64,000 bases of DNA from Takakia lepidozioides (lineage: Eukaryota > Plantae > Bryophyta): contig CM060732.1 of the NCBI GenBank assembly GCA_030704615.1, positions 44,578,001 to 44,642,000 on the forward strand, written 5' to 3'. The stretch's first letter is position 1, and each line of letters starts with the position of its first letter. The notes under the pieces were generated by a model. The model saw only the letters and a program-made list of their open reading frames with translations, made no database searches and was not told the DNA's origin. The position numbers and the translations under genes were made by a program. Below are positions 62,101 through 64,000 of this stretch, piece after piece.

Positions 62101-63984
62101 ACCTGAATAAGAAAGTGAAGCCTCCCAAGTTGTTAGTGCTACTGACCAAGGTAGGGACAGGTCCAAAAACCATAATCAATAAGAGACCTACGTTCTCTTT
62201 TCATGAAACATTTTCGACAATGACCTATCATGAATGGCTGAAAGTAGAGCTACCATACACAAGGGAGCATGCCCATCAGAATATTAGATCGGAAGGATAT
62301 ATACACATGACATGAGACTTGGCTTCCCCTAGCCTTGCACCCGGTCTGGAAGGACAACAAATATAGGGTAGAGCTAGAGAAGTGAGCGGATAACCATCTG
62401 GAATGGGATCTACCTGTGGATGTAAAGCAATTTCTGGCCTTCCACACTACCCCTTCATTGCTCCTTACCATGATATCAATCTGATGCAAAAGACGTCCCA
62501 TGCAGCTGTAAAAAGAGAACACACCTTTCTGGCGGCTTCAAGTACTACATCTTCAGATAGAAGTTTGTGTGGCTTCACCCCAGTTGTATAGCGCGAGGAC
62601 TGAGGACAATACGAGCAATCTTCAGAGCACCCTCCCGTCTTGATAGACAGCAGTGTGCACTGCTGAACCTCCCTCCACTTGTGTGCATGCCTGTGGACTT
62701 GAGCCTGCATAATCACTTGGACACTTTAGCTATGAAAAATCAAGATAGTGCTCCAGACATTAACGTTAAGACTTTCTCGCCACCAATGAGTACCTTAGTG
62801 GAGTTTTCTAGGTTGTGATAAGTTTTAAGTCTGCAGGATGACAGTTTATCCAATTCATCAATGTAAGTTTAGAGTAACAACTTCATACAGACATTAAAAT
62901 GAAGCTCAAACAAGATATACACCAGTCCAAGTCAAAAACCTTAAGGGGAAAACTGATCCATGATGTCCGCTAGCACTCAGCAGGAAAAGCTTGTGCAAAA
63001 ATGCACAAAGACTTTTGATGGAAAGGTAAGCAGAAGGGGCCTGCTGACAGTTTCTCCAATTGTTTACACAGTTGCACAGGCATCTGTTGTAGAGTCCAAA
63101 ATCTGGAACGAAATACCTACCTTGTGTAATTCAATTAATGAGGCTTCCTCATTCCTCCTTAAACTCAGGGGCTAGGAACGCAATCTCTCACTCGGGAGTG
63201 TCTGCTAGTTCACTCAATGATTTTCAGTAAAGTTATCTCCCCCTTGTACTCAGTTAGTCAAGGAACAGACAACAGGTCAACAATGGTGACAAGGTCTAAA
63301 GTTCTCCCGTCCCCTTCTCTCCATGTGTGGCCGAGCCTCCCTTTTGACTCCATCTTCCTCTTCTAGAATGTACATTACTTACCTGACGTCAGTCCATCCC
63401 CACGTTCTCCTCTCTGATTCAAATTCATATGTGGGTTGCCACCTTATGTCACTATGTACATGCGCAATTACTCTGTACATCTGATGTCTTCCTAGTTTCC
63501 TCTCTATTTCTTCTTTCCCGTCTAGACAAATTTTTTCAACCTCTCTCCACGATACATTCCTTCTTCTTCCCCGTCGCAAAATCAAGAAACAATACCCGAT
63601 GCAAGAGCAGGAGATCCTTACCCCATGGAAGAGGAGATCCATCAAAGGAGAATCGTAAATTGATTGAATGTCTTCTCGGGTCCAATCATTTCTCTGACCG
63701 TTTCTAACAGCATTGTCTGCGGCGATGGCAGCTGCCGAATTCTGGCCAAACGATGTGGGATAGCTTGCAGGACGGAGTGGCCCAAACAAGTAAGAGGAAT
63801 CCGGCAGCTGCGAAGAAGAAAGGGAATCACTCGCGACGGACGATGAATAAGTTACGGAATGCCGGTACGTAGCGAAGAAAGACGGAATCTCATTGCAATC
63901 CCCCGCAGCCCTTACAGCCCAGAAAGCAGAGAGGGAAGGTCTTATAGACGTGAGCCGCTTCATCAGTGGCCCCGTCATCGCCAT
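59154..63984 (-). CDS. BIO2: Biotin synthase (radical SAM), 7 probable exons
   Basis: Exons at ~63984-63622 ([24 protein letters not shown]), ~62704-62524 ([14 protein letters not shown]), ~61813-61708 ([10 protein letters not shown]), ~61236-61030 ([17 protein letters not shown]), ~60475-60334 ([14 protein letters not shown]), ~59787-59675 (VRLSAGR) and ~59361-59154 ([17 protein letters not shown]). Confidence 0.95.
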
Positions 63985-64000
63985 TGTACTACCGCACAGC

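Overview
Nuclear DNA of a land plant, probably a non-seed plant. This is inferred from the moss/fern-style PLS-DYW gene and the retrotransposon types; the species cannot be determined from the sequence. (1) 1-8286: the 3' part of a decayed Ty3/Gypsy element, with pol, a long extra sense ORF region and a ~1 kb 3' LTR. (2) ~9.8-13.2 kb: decayed tandem copies of exons from a PDF-motif/PPR gene. (3) 13316-46222: a 33-kb TE nest inside an intron of one such gene. It holds two copies of a Gypsy family whose pol carries a complete DNMT3-like C5 cytosine methyltransferase between protease and RT; copy 2 also shows a PHD finger after integrase. A ~14-kb CACTA element with divergent transposase and TnpA-like/FCP1-type phosphatase genes interrupts copy 1. 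(4) 46.3-64 kb: host genes, namely a PDF-PPR pseudogene, a tRNA-derived SINE, a BIR-like LRR pseudokinase, an intact 3-exon PPR-DYW gene with an N-terminal OSB-type PDF (ssDNA-binding) motif, and biotin synthase BIO2. The best leads are the methyltransferase+PHD retrotransposon, the PDF-PPR-DYW fusion family, and an LTR carrying an antisense fragment of the CACTA phosphatase gene between repeat arrays.
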